A program made the position numbers and the translations under genes. From assembly GCA_964270895.1 (NCBI GenBank), contig OZ185444.1: DNA of 64,000 bases; one strand, 5' to 3'. The DNA is from Podarcis filfolensis. Taxonomy: Eukaryota. The notes under the pieces are model-generated. The model had not been told where the DNA came from and did not search any database. It saw only the letters and a list, made by a program, of their open reading frames with translations. Below, piece after piece: positions 1-11,700 of this stretch (its first letter is position 1; each line of letters starts with the position of its first letter).

Positions 1-620
1 CGACCGACTACCTTCGCCGTTATCCCGCCTCCGTGAGCGGAGAAGATAACTCGACGTCGCTTATTACCCCCCCTCCTTTTATCCATAGTTGGATGTAGCC
101 CATAATTACAGCCACCCTCCCTTCCCGACAGCGGACAGAATCCCCCGGTGTCTTTCCTCTCGTGGAACAAAACGCCGTACAAAACCCCTCCAGTGGTGCA
201 GGTTGTGTGGCCGCCCTGCTTGCTCCCTTTTCCTGCCAGGCAAGCTGCGCCTTGTTCTCTGGACGCCCTTTCAGGGGAGGGAGCTTTGAGGCCTCGGCCC
301 TGCACGCACTTGCCTGCCTGGGAATAAGCGCACGTGTGAATGTGGTATTAGCTGCCCTAGTGAGCGGGCGGGCGGGGGGCGGCGGTGCTGCGCTGTGAGG
401 CTGCAACATGGTGCGCCTTTCACTGGGAGGAGGAGCACCGCTGAAAGTAGCGAGACGGGCTTGGAACAGAACGGCGACGTGCCGCCAAATTGTTTCATTC
501 GCTGCTCTGTGTGATGCCCTCGAACCTTCTGACGAAGGACGACTTAAGCAGAGTGCCTCGACATGGCTGGGGTTTTTTTTTACCTTGGACGCTCAGCTGC
601 CCTTGGATTTTCAGTAAGGA
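1..620 (+). promoter_or_regulatory. CAPRIN2: CpG-rich promoter / probable non-coding first exon of CAPRIN2
   Basis: CpG-dense against an AT-rich background; GC boxes (GGGCGGGCGGGGGGCGG ~365-381); possible donor TCA|GTAAGG at 613/614; lies 0.8 kb upstream of the first coding exon. Confidence 0.65.
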
Positions 621-720
621 ATGAGGAAATGTCTTGCTCACCTGCTTCCCAACTGCTAATTTGTTGGTAATGGGTAACCTAGCATCTTTCTCAAATTGTG
701 TTTGATGCTGGTGTGAACTC

Positions 721-722
<2 letters not shown>

Positions 723-752
<30 letters not shown>
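723..752. repeat. (CA)n microsatellite
   Basis: Direct reading. Confidence 0.95.
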
Positions 753-1422
753 GCAACTGACCCACAGGGCTTCCTCTCTGGAAGTAATTTTTTTCTGCTG
801 GTACATAGGTGAATTAACCAATTAGAGATACATAATGAAAGTCTTGTGTTCTTCCTGAAAAGATGTTTAGGCACTCCTCTGCTAGCTTCGGTCTCCAGCA
901 TGAGGAATTGCTGATGCCTTATTTGTGACCCTGTTTCTAGTGCAGGTGGGGAGGGCTAAAGCCTCCAGTAGGTTGGTTTGTTTGTTTGCCTGTATAGGAA
1001 AGTGGCATATAGATTTGATGTTCTAGTTGGTACATGCATGCAAAGAGTTTAGGATAGTGATTAGTATTAGCTGGCATCTTACTGGAATGGGGAATAAGGG
1101 AAAGAAAGGAGAGACTCCCCTTCTTCAGGAATCTTATTGACCCAAATGCTGGTAGGTCTGCAGCTGTTTAAATCAGTCCCCGCCCCCATCTAGAATAGAT
1201 TATGGATGAGGATGTTAAAGTGCTCTCAATTGTAAAGTTATCTGAACAGAGAAATACTGGTTTCTGGATGCCTCTCCTGTTCCGTAATGGTGCATGTTCC
1301 ACAAAAGGCACATTCGATGCTCACTGTGTAGATGACAAACCTAATAGTAACTGGATGCTGAAGTTGCAGCTGTGAGGGAAAAACTAAACAGTACCAGTTT
1401 CTTTGCAGCCCTAGCTGTTTCA

Positions 1423-1674
1423 ATGGTGCAGCTTTCACAGTCCCCGCTTTGCCACACTTCGCCTTCATGCCCCTCTGAGGAAACGGAGGAGAAGAGCATG
1501 AAACCCGCCAAGCAGCAGGTGACTCAGGGCCCACATGGGGACAATCAGCCTCCCTTGAGCCCCCTGCAGGCAGCTTTGAGTTCTGCTGCAACGGCTTCCC
1601 AGGCGTATGAGACTTACATTGATAATGGACTTATCTGCATGAAACACAAGATCAGGAACATTGAGAAAAAGAAG
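1423..1674 (+). CDS. CAPRIN2: CAPRIN2 coding exon c1 (MVQLSQ...IEKKK)
   Basis: Acceptor TTTCTTTGCAG ends 1408; ATG 1423 (in-frame TAA upstream at 1348); donor AAG|GTATGT; 252 nt. Confidence 0.92.
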
Positions 1675-4638
1675 GTATGTATCTCTCCTAGATTAGAGAA
1701 ATGGTACCAAAGGAAACTGCCCAAACTACTGTGTTTGTTCATTCACTCTTTCTTGCCGTTGTCTATTGGATTGAAAGCTCTTTGAGGTGAAAGGCCTGTA
1801 TTTATTGCTTATGAAAGTGTGAAATGCTGTGTAACTATAAACTGATTTCACTTAAGATACTTGCCAGCCTTCAAAATTAGATTAATAAAACATAGTGGCT
1901 AGAGTTTATGACTAGAGAGAAATAAGAACTTTATGCTTTGGCCTGTAATTTGCATGAGCCGTCAGTATTGAGTTGGTTCAGGTGTCATGAAAAACTATTG
2001 TTACTGTGATGAGAACAAGCTTTAGGTTCATGTGTTCCCTGTGTGGCTACAATGGCAAAATCCCACATCTTTTACTTCCATTTTTCAATTACAATTTTGC
2101 CAGTATGGTATTCTGGCTTCCAAACTGGCCCACTAAGTCCTAAAGGGTGGGTGCTGCTGTGTGTGTAGTGTAGAGTGCATGCCAATATTAAACTGTCTAC
2201 TGAATTTTGATGCAGTCTGTCAGTGCTGTCAGTATATAAAGATAGTTACAAGTAGGTAGCCGTGTTTGTCTGCCGTAGTCGAAACAAAATAAAAAAAAAA
2301 TCCTTCCAGTAGCACCTTGGAGACCAACTAAGTTTGTTATTGGTATGAGCTTTCATGTGCATGCACACTTCTTCAGAGTGTACATGCACACGAAAGCTCA
2401 TACCAATAACAAACTTAGCTGGTCTCTAAGGTGCTACTGGAAGTATATAAAGAAACCTACATGACTAGAAGTAGTTTCATGCTTAATTAGCCAGTCTTAA
2501 TTCAGCAGGAAGGTGGCTTTGCCATCCAGCTGCAGTAGTTACCAGAGTTTGAATGTCATAGAAAGGCTGTTATGAACCTAACATTCACCTTATGCAACTG
2601 TAACTAGATATATTGCCAGTGGTAATATCTTAACAGTGGTTCCAGTATTATGAAATTCTTGTATTGCCATCATCTTTATAGAACTTGATGCTGAGCTGCA
2701 GCAACCTTTGCCATTCATATGAATATATTGTGTACCTCTTGCTTAAACTAACTGCCAAAATCTAATGTTAAATGTCTGCCAAAGAGGTCTAATTTATTGT
2801 TGTTTTGATGTGCATGTTATTGTATTTAAGGCTATAAATGCATGGTAGCATGTGTAGGCATCCATGTTATTCAAGTCTGGTCTATGTTTAAAGTCTTAAG
2901 AAGTTGGTTATACATGGTCTAATCCTGCACTTCTCAATACATGTTTTCAGCTCAAACTAGAAGACTACAGAGATCGTCTGAAAAAGGGGGAACCCCTCAA
3001 TCAGGATCAGTTGGTAAGCTTTCTGTTCTTCTGATTGCTGCAAACATTTGCAGCAATGAATTCAGCAGCTCATGTCAGACTTCTGAGATGCTCCTTCATG
3101 CCTAGGCAAAATACACTGGCCTAAATCTTAACAATTTGACCAAACTGCGGGAGGCAGTGGAAGAAAGGAGTGCCTGGCGTGCTCAGGTGCATGGGGTCAT
3201 GAAGAGTCGGACATGACTAAACGAATAGACAACAACAAATCTTAACAAAGAGTTATTGCTCATTGATTTCAGTGGTGCCAGTCAAACTGAGGTCTTGTGT
3301 TGTGTTTAGGCCCTATTGAAGCTATGGGAATAGAGCTACCTACCTTCAAGCAGTCCTCTGGGCCAAACATGGCTGGGAAAGTATGTAGAAAATAGATAGG
3401 AAAGCAAACTACTAAAATCTTAAAATAGTTCTCAGCTAAGGTCTGTAAGCTGCTCCAGAATGATCAAACATAATTAACTTTTTGCTGAGAATAGCATATC
3501 TATCTTCATCCTGACTCATGCTGTTGGCTCCTTTTGACTCAGGCTCTTGGCTCTTTTTACAGTGTTTGGATAGAAAATGTATTTTAAGTTCCAGTAATAG
3601 TAACTGTGATGCTGCATTATCCCATTCTTATACAGGATTGGTTATGAATTGAGGTAGCAGGAAAGCCATGAACTTTGAATTTTACATGTTTGAGTATTGT
3701 GTGTGAGCATTAACAAAAATATTATAATACTGCACAGAGAAACAATAACTTTTATTCTTTTATGGAGGATGGCTTGGGCTTTACACACAAAATCTCTTCA
3801 ATAGTTCTCTTTGCCGGCCCCTCCTCTCCCCCCACTGCCATTTCCAGATTATTCTGATACAGCAAGATACAGTTTATTGGTTCACAGCTAGTAGACTTTT
3901 TGGATTAGAATTCTAAGGTATATGAGCAAATGTTGTTAAATGTCATCATCTTCATGACACCATAGTGGATGAATTGGTTGGGAAATTGATGCTACGAAGG
4001 GGCTATTGGTACACCAAGAGTTCAAATTGGTTCCATCATTTTGATGGAGATAGAAGATAGTGCTGCTTATGGCATGTGATATCTGATATTACTGCTTTGG
4101 TAGGGGAAGTGCTGTCTAATTGCCATTTACCAAATTGTATAGATGCAGTTTGGGCCACAGCTTGTTAGAGATCAAATAACTGCCGGATCTGTGGTCAAGG
4201 TAAGCACTGAGCATCTTGAGTTGGAGATGTGGCCTTTGTTAACCCATTTTCCATGGTGTAACCCTGAATGATGAATAACTGCTGAAGGGAAGTATAGCTA
4301 CTTAAACACTCCAGCCATAATTGTTGAGCAAGAAATTTGCGAACTTTATGATGGTGATTTCCTCCTGGCTTAGTGAGCCGAGTCCTTCACATGTAAGCAT
4401 GATAATTGTTAGCATAGCACTACTCAGTTTGCTCAAGATCAGAGATGGGGAACCTCATCCCTGACTATTAGCCATGCTAGCTGGGGTTGATGGGAGTTGC
4501 TGCAACATCATCTGGAAGAGCAACTAGTCCTTTATATAAGAAGAGATAGAAGAGTATGTAAGAAGAGAGGCATAACTATTTTTAATGTTGTATTTTACAT
4601 TGTTGTGACCTGCCTTGGGGCCTCATGGTGTGAGACGG

Positions 4639-4684
<46 letters not shown>

Positions 4685-7600
4685 TAGCATTCTGTAAATT
4701 ATAGCTGCTTTTGTAAGTAGTAAAATAATATAATAATGACAGATCTATAGCAGCCTTCATTGTATGTATCTTCTAAAAAATCCATCATTGGTTTTAACTG
4801 TATAACCAGTACATGGCAGAAAACTTCATAATTAAAATTCTTTTTAAGTCACCTTATAATTTAGTCATAGTGGCTGTTGCTCACACTGCTCCTCAGGTTT
4901 AGCACCTTATGACTATCAGAAGTTGAGATGTTACTGGAAGCTTTGTGTACATTAAAGGACAGTCTTCTTAAAACATTGGTGCTTCATAATTCTAGGCACT
5001 TTATACATGATGAATAATAATAATGTGTGGCTGATTACAGGAAGCTGTTGAAAAATATGATGAAGTGATCCATAACTTGGAGTTTGCTAAAGACCTTCAG
5101 AAGACATTTTCTGGGCTTAGTCAAGATGTAAGTAGATTGAATTATTGACTAGAAATGGGTTGGTGTGGCTTAGGATCCACTTTGTGAGGGGAGGCAGGCT
5201 TTGTTCAGGTTCTCTTTATCCTTCCCCCATCCCCACTTGTCTGAGAATCTGGAGTTGGGTCTCTACTCTTGTATGTCCGGTGCCTTCTTGCATATCAGCG
5301 CCAAAAATGTTGATATGGAGTACTCCTCTTCCATCCCACCCCTGTCATTCCATCCTACCCTGATATGAAACACTACCCAGAAACTTAAGCTTTGAACATT
5401 TGTTGTATGATAAGTGGAATGATTGTAGAAGTTGAAAGGTGTTGTTAGAGACTTGAGGAAAAATCTTTAGCACCTTCATTAAGAAGATGACTTAGGTAAG
5501 ACTTTGGATTGACTTCTCTGAGCTACAGTCCAGCTGCTGGTCGGATCTGTCAGGAACTTGTGTAATTATGCCTGTTTTGTTTTTATATTAATACAGCTTC
5601 TAAAAGCACAGAGGAAAGCACAGAGAAGGGAGAGTATAATGAAGCTTGAAGCAGAGAAGAAGAAACTCCGCACAGTACTGCAGGTCCAGTATGTGTTGCA
5701 GAGTTTCACTCAAGAGCACGTGCAGAAAGACTTCAGATGTGGCTTGAATGGCGCAATATTTTTGTCTTCTAAAGAACTAGACTACCTCATTAATTTTGCA
5801 AAATTGACCTGCTCAGGAAGAAATGAAGGCGTGAGGTAAGTAAATGTGTCCTTACTTAAATTGCAAAGCGAATCTGTGCTAGCATTTGGACATTTAGCTT
5901 TATTAGAAGTGTAGTTTTGAAACCTTATGGGTTTTCCGCATAGGAGGCCCTTTCAGGATAGCTCTTTGGATGAGCTGCCTCCAGCCTCCTTGCTGCTGGT
6001 GCTTTCTTTCCTCCTTGCCACAGTTATTTTCTCACTGCAGAGAGAGCGAGGTTAGCAGGTTTTTGCCTGCAAAGTGAGGGGGCACCCACTGTTAAGGGAG
6101 CAATTGTTTGTCGCTTAAGATAGTGGTGCGAATTGGATCTATCAGTGACAGGCAGTTCCTTCTTTTTTTCCTGCTGTTGCTTCATTGTTCCTTTACGTAT
6201 GATGGAGCAAGAATGGCAGGAGCCAGTCAACTCCTGGTAGTGGATCCCTTCTAAGTCACAGCATGTCAACAATTGCCCAGCCATCCTGGTGCTCAGTGCT
6301 TGGCATAGTTTGTTTTACAGAACTTTGTGTTTAGAAATATATATATTATTTCTTTGGGCAGCCTTTTTAAACCTGGAGTGGTTGTAGTCTACCAGGTGGT
6401 GGTAGTCTACAGTTCTCATCAGCCCCAGTCAACATGATTGATGATGAGAGTTGTAGTCTAGCAAGGGCACCAGGTTGGGGAAAGCTGCCTTAGGGTTACA
6501 AGGCTGATAGAGCTGGCTTTGTGGCTTTCACCTGTTTGTTTATCCCCAAAAAAGACTGGGGTAAACATAAAACTCTTCAAGCAAATACTATTCAGGGGAC
6601 AACTTACAGAATTGTCTGAACAACTAATGGAGCACCGTAATATGTATTCTGAGGACTGAACTGAGATGTTGTGGCTTAGTTCTCTGAACGAGGAGACTTC
6701 ATATGCAACACTAAATGAAATCATATTGCATATGCAACACAGACTACTGGCTAATCTTGGGGATACCAGTGGTATCAACTTCTAATTTGCACATTTGGGT
6801 TTTTAATTGAAAAGCCATGCTGGGCAAATCCAGGCTGATGTGCTTATTGTTCCCAGAAACCTTAGTGTTGCTGTCATCAAGAGAGACCCTATTGGCATCT
6901 CCTAAGACCTCCTGCTGCTCAAATTGTTGTTCTAAAATTTGAGTGTTTTGGTTTAGTTGGAGAATTGCCTGTTTTCCACTCCACCCCCCCCCCCCCACAT
7001 TTTATTTCTTTTGAGAATTGTGTATGTGATCTGGCACTGACACTTATTTTCCCCCTCTGGCATGAAGTGTTGAAGACCAAATGGAGCAATCATCACGCTA
7101 CTTCTGGGATCTGCTAGAAGGCAGTGAAAAAACAGTAGCTGGGACAACTTGTGAGTACCCTTTAGATATTTTTGCATCTAACGTCTACCGTCTCCAGGCA
7201 AAATACTTCATAGCAAGATTGGGATTAGAACATTTATTCCAGTTCAGAAACATACTTATATTGTTCCTTCCCTTGCTCGAAAGAATTATTTTCTAGGCCA
7301 GTAACTGTTGTTGCTTGGTTAGGTCAACATAAATGCAGATTGTTTATAACTGTTTAGAGATCCCCAGTATGGCCTGTAGTTCCCCACTGCACAGTTTGGG
7401 CAATATCCAATATGGCATGAACAAACATGACAGAACCTCCTCTTCCTTTCCTCTCCCTGCACCCACAATCTGCTCCAGAAGACTCCCAACTCTCCAGAAC
7501 AGACCTTGAGTGTGTGCAAGGAATGCAAAGAGGAAGTACTGCTAGATGCATTGTGCTCAGTCTGTTATCATGGGTGGGAAGTCATTTTACTTAATAAGCA

Positions 7601-10600
7601 AGCCACAATATTATGTAGATGTACTGTACATGGGATTGCATTTATGTGTTAAGTGTTTAATAACAGGTGAGTTCCCACAGCTGTAGGAACCATGTTTTAT
7701 CTTGGTATATAATTAAGGTAGACCAGCACATTTATGGGTGTGACTCCAGGAGATTTGCTAGATAGGGAAATTGGTCTTTTAACCAGTTGTGAGTTCAGCA
7801 TCCCTGTGCTTAAGGCATATATTCTTCAGAGTATATCTCAGGATAACTTCCCAAGGCTGCATTATTTTTTTTTAATGTTTGAGGATATGACAGTCTTTTA
7901 CCAATAAGCCAATTAGTTCTTGAAATCAAGGGTGTTCTGTGGATGTTCTCAGTGTTCACAACTGTAATTTTTTGGGGTCTTTTGGTTAACTTAAATGCCT
8001 GAATTACATTGCCCTTTCAAAATCCTCTTAAGTATTTACTTAAAAACATTTCCAAGAATATATTGTGCCAAGAAAAAACGTTTGATCTTTATTTGTTAAG
8101 ATGAGATGGTGTCATATCCCAAAACTGAAAACTCATTTTGTGATCTTTTAATCTGCTTAACATTCAACTCTCTGTCCTCTAGATAAATACCTGAAGGATT
8201 TGATATCTAAACTGTTAAATTCTGGTTATTTTGAAAAAACTCCTGCTCCTTCCAACCTACCACTAAAAGAGGAATCAAAAGAACTGTCTACAAGACCTGA
8301 GTTGTGTGAAGAAATGCAAAGACCTGAAAGAACAAGACAACCCTCAGATTCAGAGCATGTCAGTGAATCAGGTAATATATTTGTAGAAATCTTAAATTCT
8401 TAACTGCTGATACAGTACAGATGTATGTCTTAAATTTACATGTCAATTTATATAGCTTAAATTTTTAGCTAAATAAGTTATGTATATTCTGCTCTTCACC
8501 TTCTTTAGGCTTTATTGGTGGTTAAAATCAATTGTACCACAATAATAAAACAACCCTAGCTGTTTGGGATTAATTTTAAACTTTCCTACTAAATGTATTT
8601 AGTAAGAAATACAGAAGAAGTTGTGTGACTTCGTACTATAATACTGGACATTAGCAAATTCTCAGAGGTGGTTGCTAGACTAGCCTGAATTGTAAGTCAT
8701 TTTGTTTGGTCTCCCCCCCCCCCCCCGCCCACCCGGCAAAAATGAATGTGCTATGGATGCTTAGAGAAGCAAACTGTTTTCTATCATTTGGCTTTGTGAG
8801 AACTTGAATCTAAATTATGCAATCCTTCTTCCTAGCACCTCAAATGGAGCCCATTCAGTCTGAGATACAGCCTCAAGAGGTAAGTTATTAAATGATATGC
8901 TACAGTAGAAGAAATTAGTGTTAAACTGCAGAATAGCTTGCTATATCAGTGCAGTGATGCTAGAACTAAAAACTGGAGATAATACAGGAATTTCTCAGAA
9001 AGCTCCACTTGAAGAAATTTGTAGCAAGGCAATTGCCAAATGGGAGTCCATAAATCCTTTGACTTTGAGACAGGGTGCAGTGAGGTAGAATTAACAATCA
9101 GCTGCCTGTTTAGCTTTGAGGGTTTATGGGCATAGTCTCTAGCACAATGTGGATTTTCTGTGCTATCACTGTGGTTTTTTGAACCAAGCCAACTACCTTG
9201 CTGTGGTCTTAAACCAGGCATATTTCTCTCTTTCAAGAATCCTGGATATAAACTAGCCAGGAAGCTGCAGCAGATGTTCTCAATAAGAGAACCATATAAT
9301 GAGTATTCAGGATGGCACAGTAGCATTTTGTAAATCTGAAAGCAAGTGTTTTGTCTTTATGTCTGAAGATCTCGACATTTATTTATTAAATTTATATACT
9401 GCCCTTCATCATAAGATCTTAGGACGGTTCACTATCACACAGCTTTACAAACATTTTTGGAAAATGTACAATTCAGTCCAGTTGGATGACTCTTGTACAG
9501 CAACTTTCTGGAATGATTTCACATGAGCCTTAATTGTGCTAGCAATAAGATGAGTACTGGTAAAATGCTACGTTTCTTTGGTTTGTATAGTTTCTTAATA
9601 GGCACTATTTGCCTGAAGCTGACTCCCCTATTAAGAAGCCTGAGGAATCCAAACCTTGGGAAGTGGAACATGTTAAAACAAATGAACCTCCAAAGTCCTG
9701 GGAAATGCTTGTTGACATGGAAGAGCAGGAGCAGAAGCAGAAACAAGATTATGTTAAAACTCTGGAATCTGTAAGGCAGCAGGGAAAGAAACTGGAACTT
9801 TCAAAGCCTTGGGAAGCTCATCTTAAGGAAGGTGGTGATGATGATCACAAGGAGGAAGTTCTGAAGCCATGGGGAACTCAGGTTAGAGAACAGCGGGCCT
9901 CCCCTAAACACTGGATGAGCAAAGCTAAGGAAGAGCAGGAACAAAAGCCACAATGTCCAAAAACATGGGTTGCTCAAATAAGGGTGGAAAAACCGGAACC
10001 TGCGAAGCTTTGGAGTGCATGTGTTGGAGAGGAGGAGCAAAAGAAACACGAACCTGCAAAGCAATGGGTAGCACACATCAAGCAAGAGAGGGAACAAAAA
10101 ACCCAACCCCCAAAGGTTTGGGAAACATCTGAGGGACCACGGCAAGCACTTCAGAAGCCATTACAGAACCCTCCAAAGATATGGGGAGCTGAAAACCTTA
10201 CCTCAAAGGAAGAATCTGGGCCAAAGAAGCCTGATTTGGGACCCAGTGAAGTGAGTTGGTATAAACAATAGTATTGCCTGTACAATATTTTTATACTAAA
10301 ACTGCAGTTTAGGGTGGTGATGTATCTAAAAGTTCAAAGTTTGGGCTTTGTCAATGACCAGCTTATTTTTTGCCACAGTATAACTCTACATGAAACAGTG
10401 TTCTCAGCAAATATTTGGACATGGAAATAAACTAAACCTAAAGGGGTGTAAATAGTTTGCTGTTCAGTGAATTTTTGCCAAGTTCATATTTGGAATGGCA
10501 AGGGGGAGAGAACTTAGCATTGCTGATCACAAAGCTTGAAGATTCTAGATGTTCAAAAAGGGGGAGTAATATATAATAGAGGAATAGAGCAGGGGGGAAT

Positions 10601-11668
10601 ATAGACATAGACCTCCAAGTTTGGATCAGTTTTGGATTTCTATAATAAAAAAAATGAGGGAAGGATAATGAATCTGGAAGGCTTTTTTTAACCTACATGA
10701 CAGGGTTGCTAGGATTAAAGGAGAAGGTGAGGGTAGCCAATGGGTCTCAACCCCTTGGTGAGTTAGGGACTTCCCTGCATGTGAAGACAGTCTCTGCAGA
10801 TTGAACAAACAAGACTAATAGTGGGTCCAACAGTCAGTGGTTTCTGCTTGTGCTGGAGAGGGAAGTGAGTGGCAGATAGGGCTCATCAACCTTATCAATC
10901 AGCTGAGATTAGATCCTTCTGTATGACTGATCTCTACTTAAACAATCAATTTGTCAAAACATATTTCTAAATGCTTTTTAATATAGAAATGAGAGCTCAG
11001 ACTGAAGTTTGATTCTGACATGAAACAAGTGGTTACAGTAAAATGCCATTAGGTAATGGGGCTTTCAAAAGTTAGCTAATCTGATACTTTGTGTATAACA
11101 CTGAGTCTGTGGTGTATTTATGTAAAAGGTGTACATTGCTAAGTCATATTATAATAAATCTAATACATGGAATTCTTATTTTACATAGGATGAAAAGACA
11201 GATGGAGTGAATGAAGGAGGCATTGATGCTACGTCTGTTGGAGAACCTTGTAAACTACCTAGGAGCTTTGAAAACAGCCTTCAGGTTTGCTTTTTTGGTC
11301 ATACTGATCATAGGAAATGCTTCAAAATGCTTAAACTTAGAATCCTGAGAACAGCTGGAATACTTCCTGTGTGAAGTATCCACTTTGAATCTTTCCAGGG
11401 AAAGGAGAATTTAAAGCCAAAGAAAAACTGTTCAAGTTGTTACATAGGGCTGAGTGGTAGAGCATCTGCTTTGCATGCAGGAGGCCACAGGTTCAATTCC
11501 TGGCACCTCCAGGTTGGACTGGGAAAAGACCCTTGTCTGAATTCCTGGTGAGCTGCTGCCAGTCAGTAGCAGACAGTACTGAGCTAGACAGACCAGTGGT
11601 CTGCCCTCTGTAAGGCAGCTTCCTAAGTTGAGTGTCTCAGGAATCAATTCATAACCTTAGTAGTAGTA

Positions 11669-11700
<32 letters not shown>

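Noticed and set aside
20-498. Several 66-129 aa ORFs on both strands
   Set aside because: GC-rich promoter sequence with few stops; no recognisable protein and no splice context.
9238-9333. Strong acceptor (TTTCTCTCTTTCAAG) giving an in-frame 31-aa extension and stop (possible poison exon)
   Set aside because: No convincing donor or nearby AATAAA; cannot be told from chance without RNA data.
9519-10145. Minus-strand hydrophobic ORFs (75 and 114 aa)
   Set aside because: Antisense shadows of the purine-rich CAPRIN2 exon c8.
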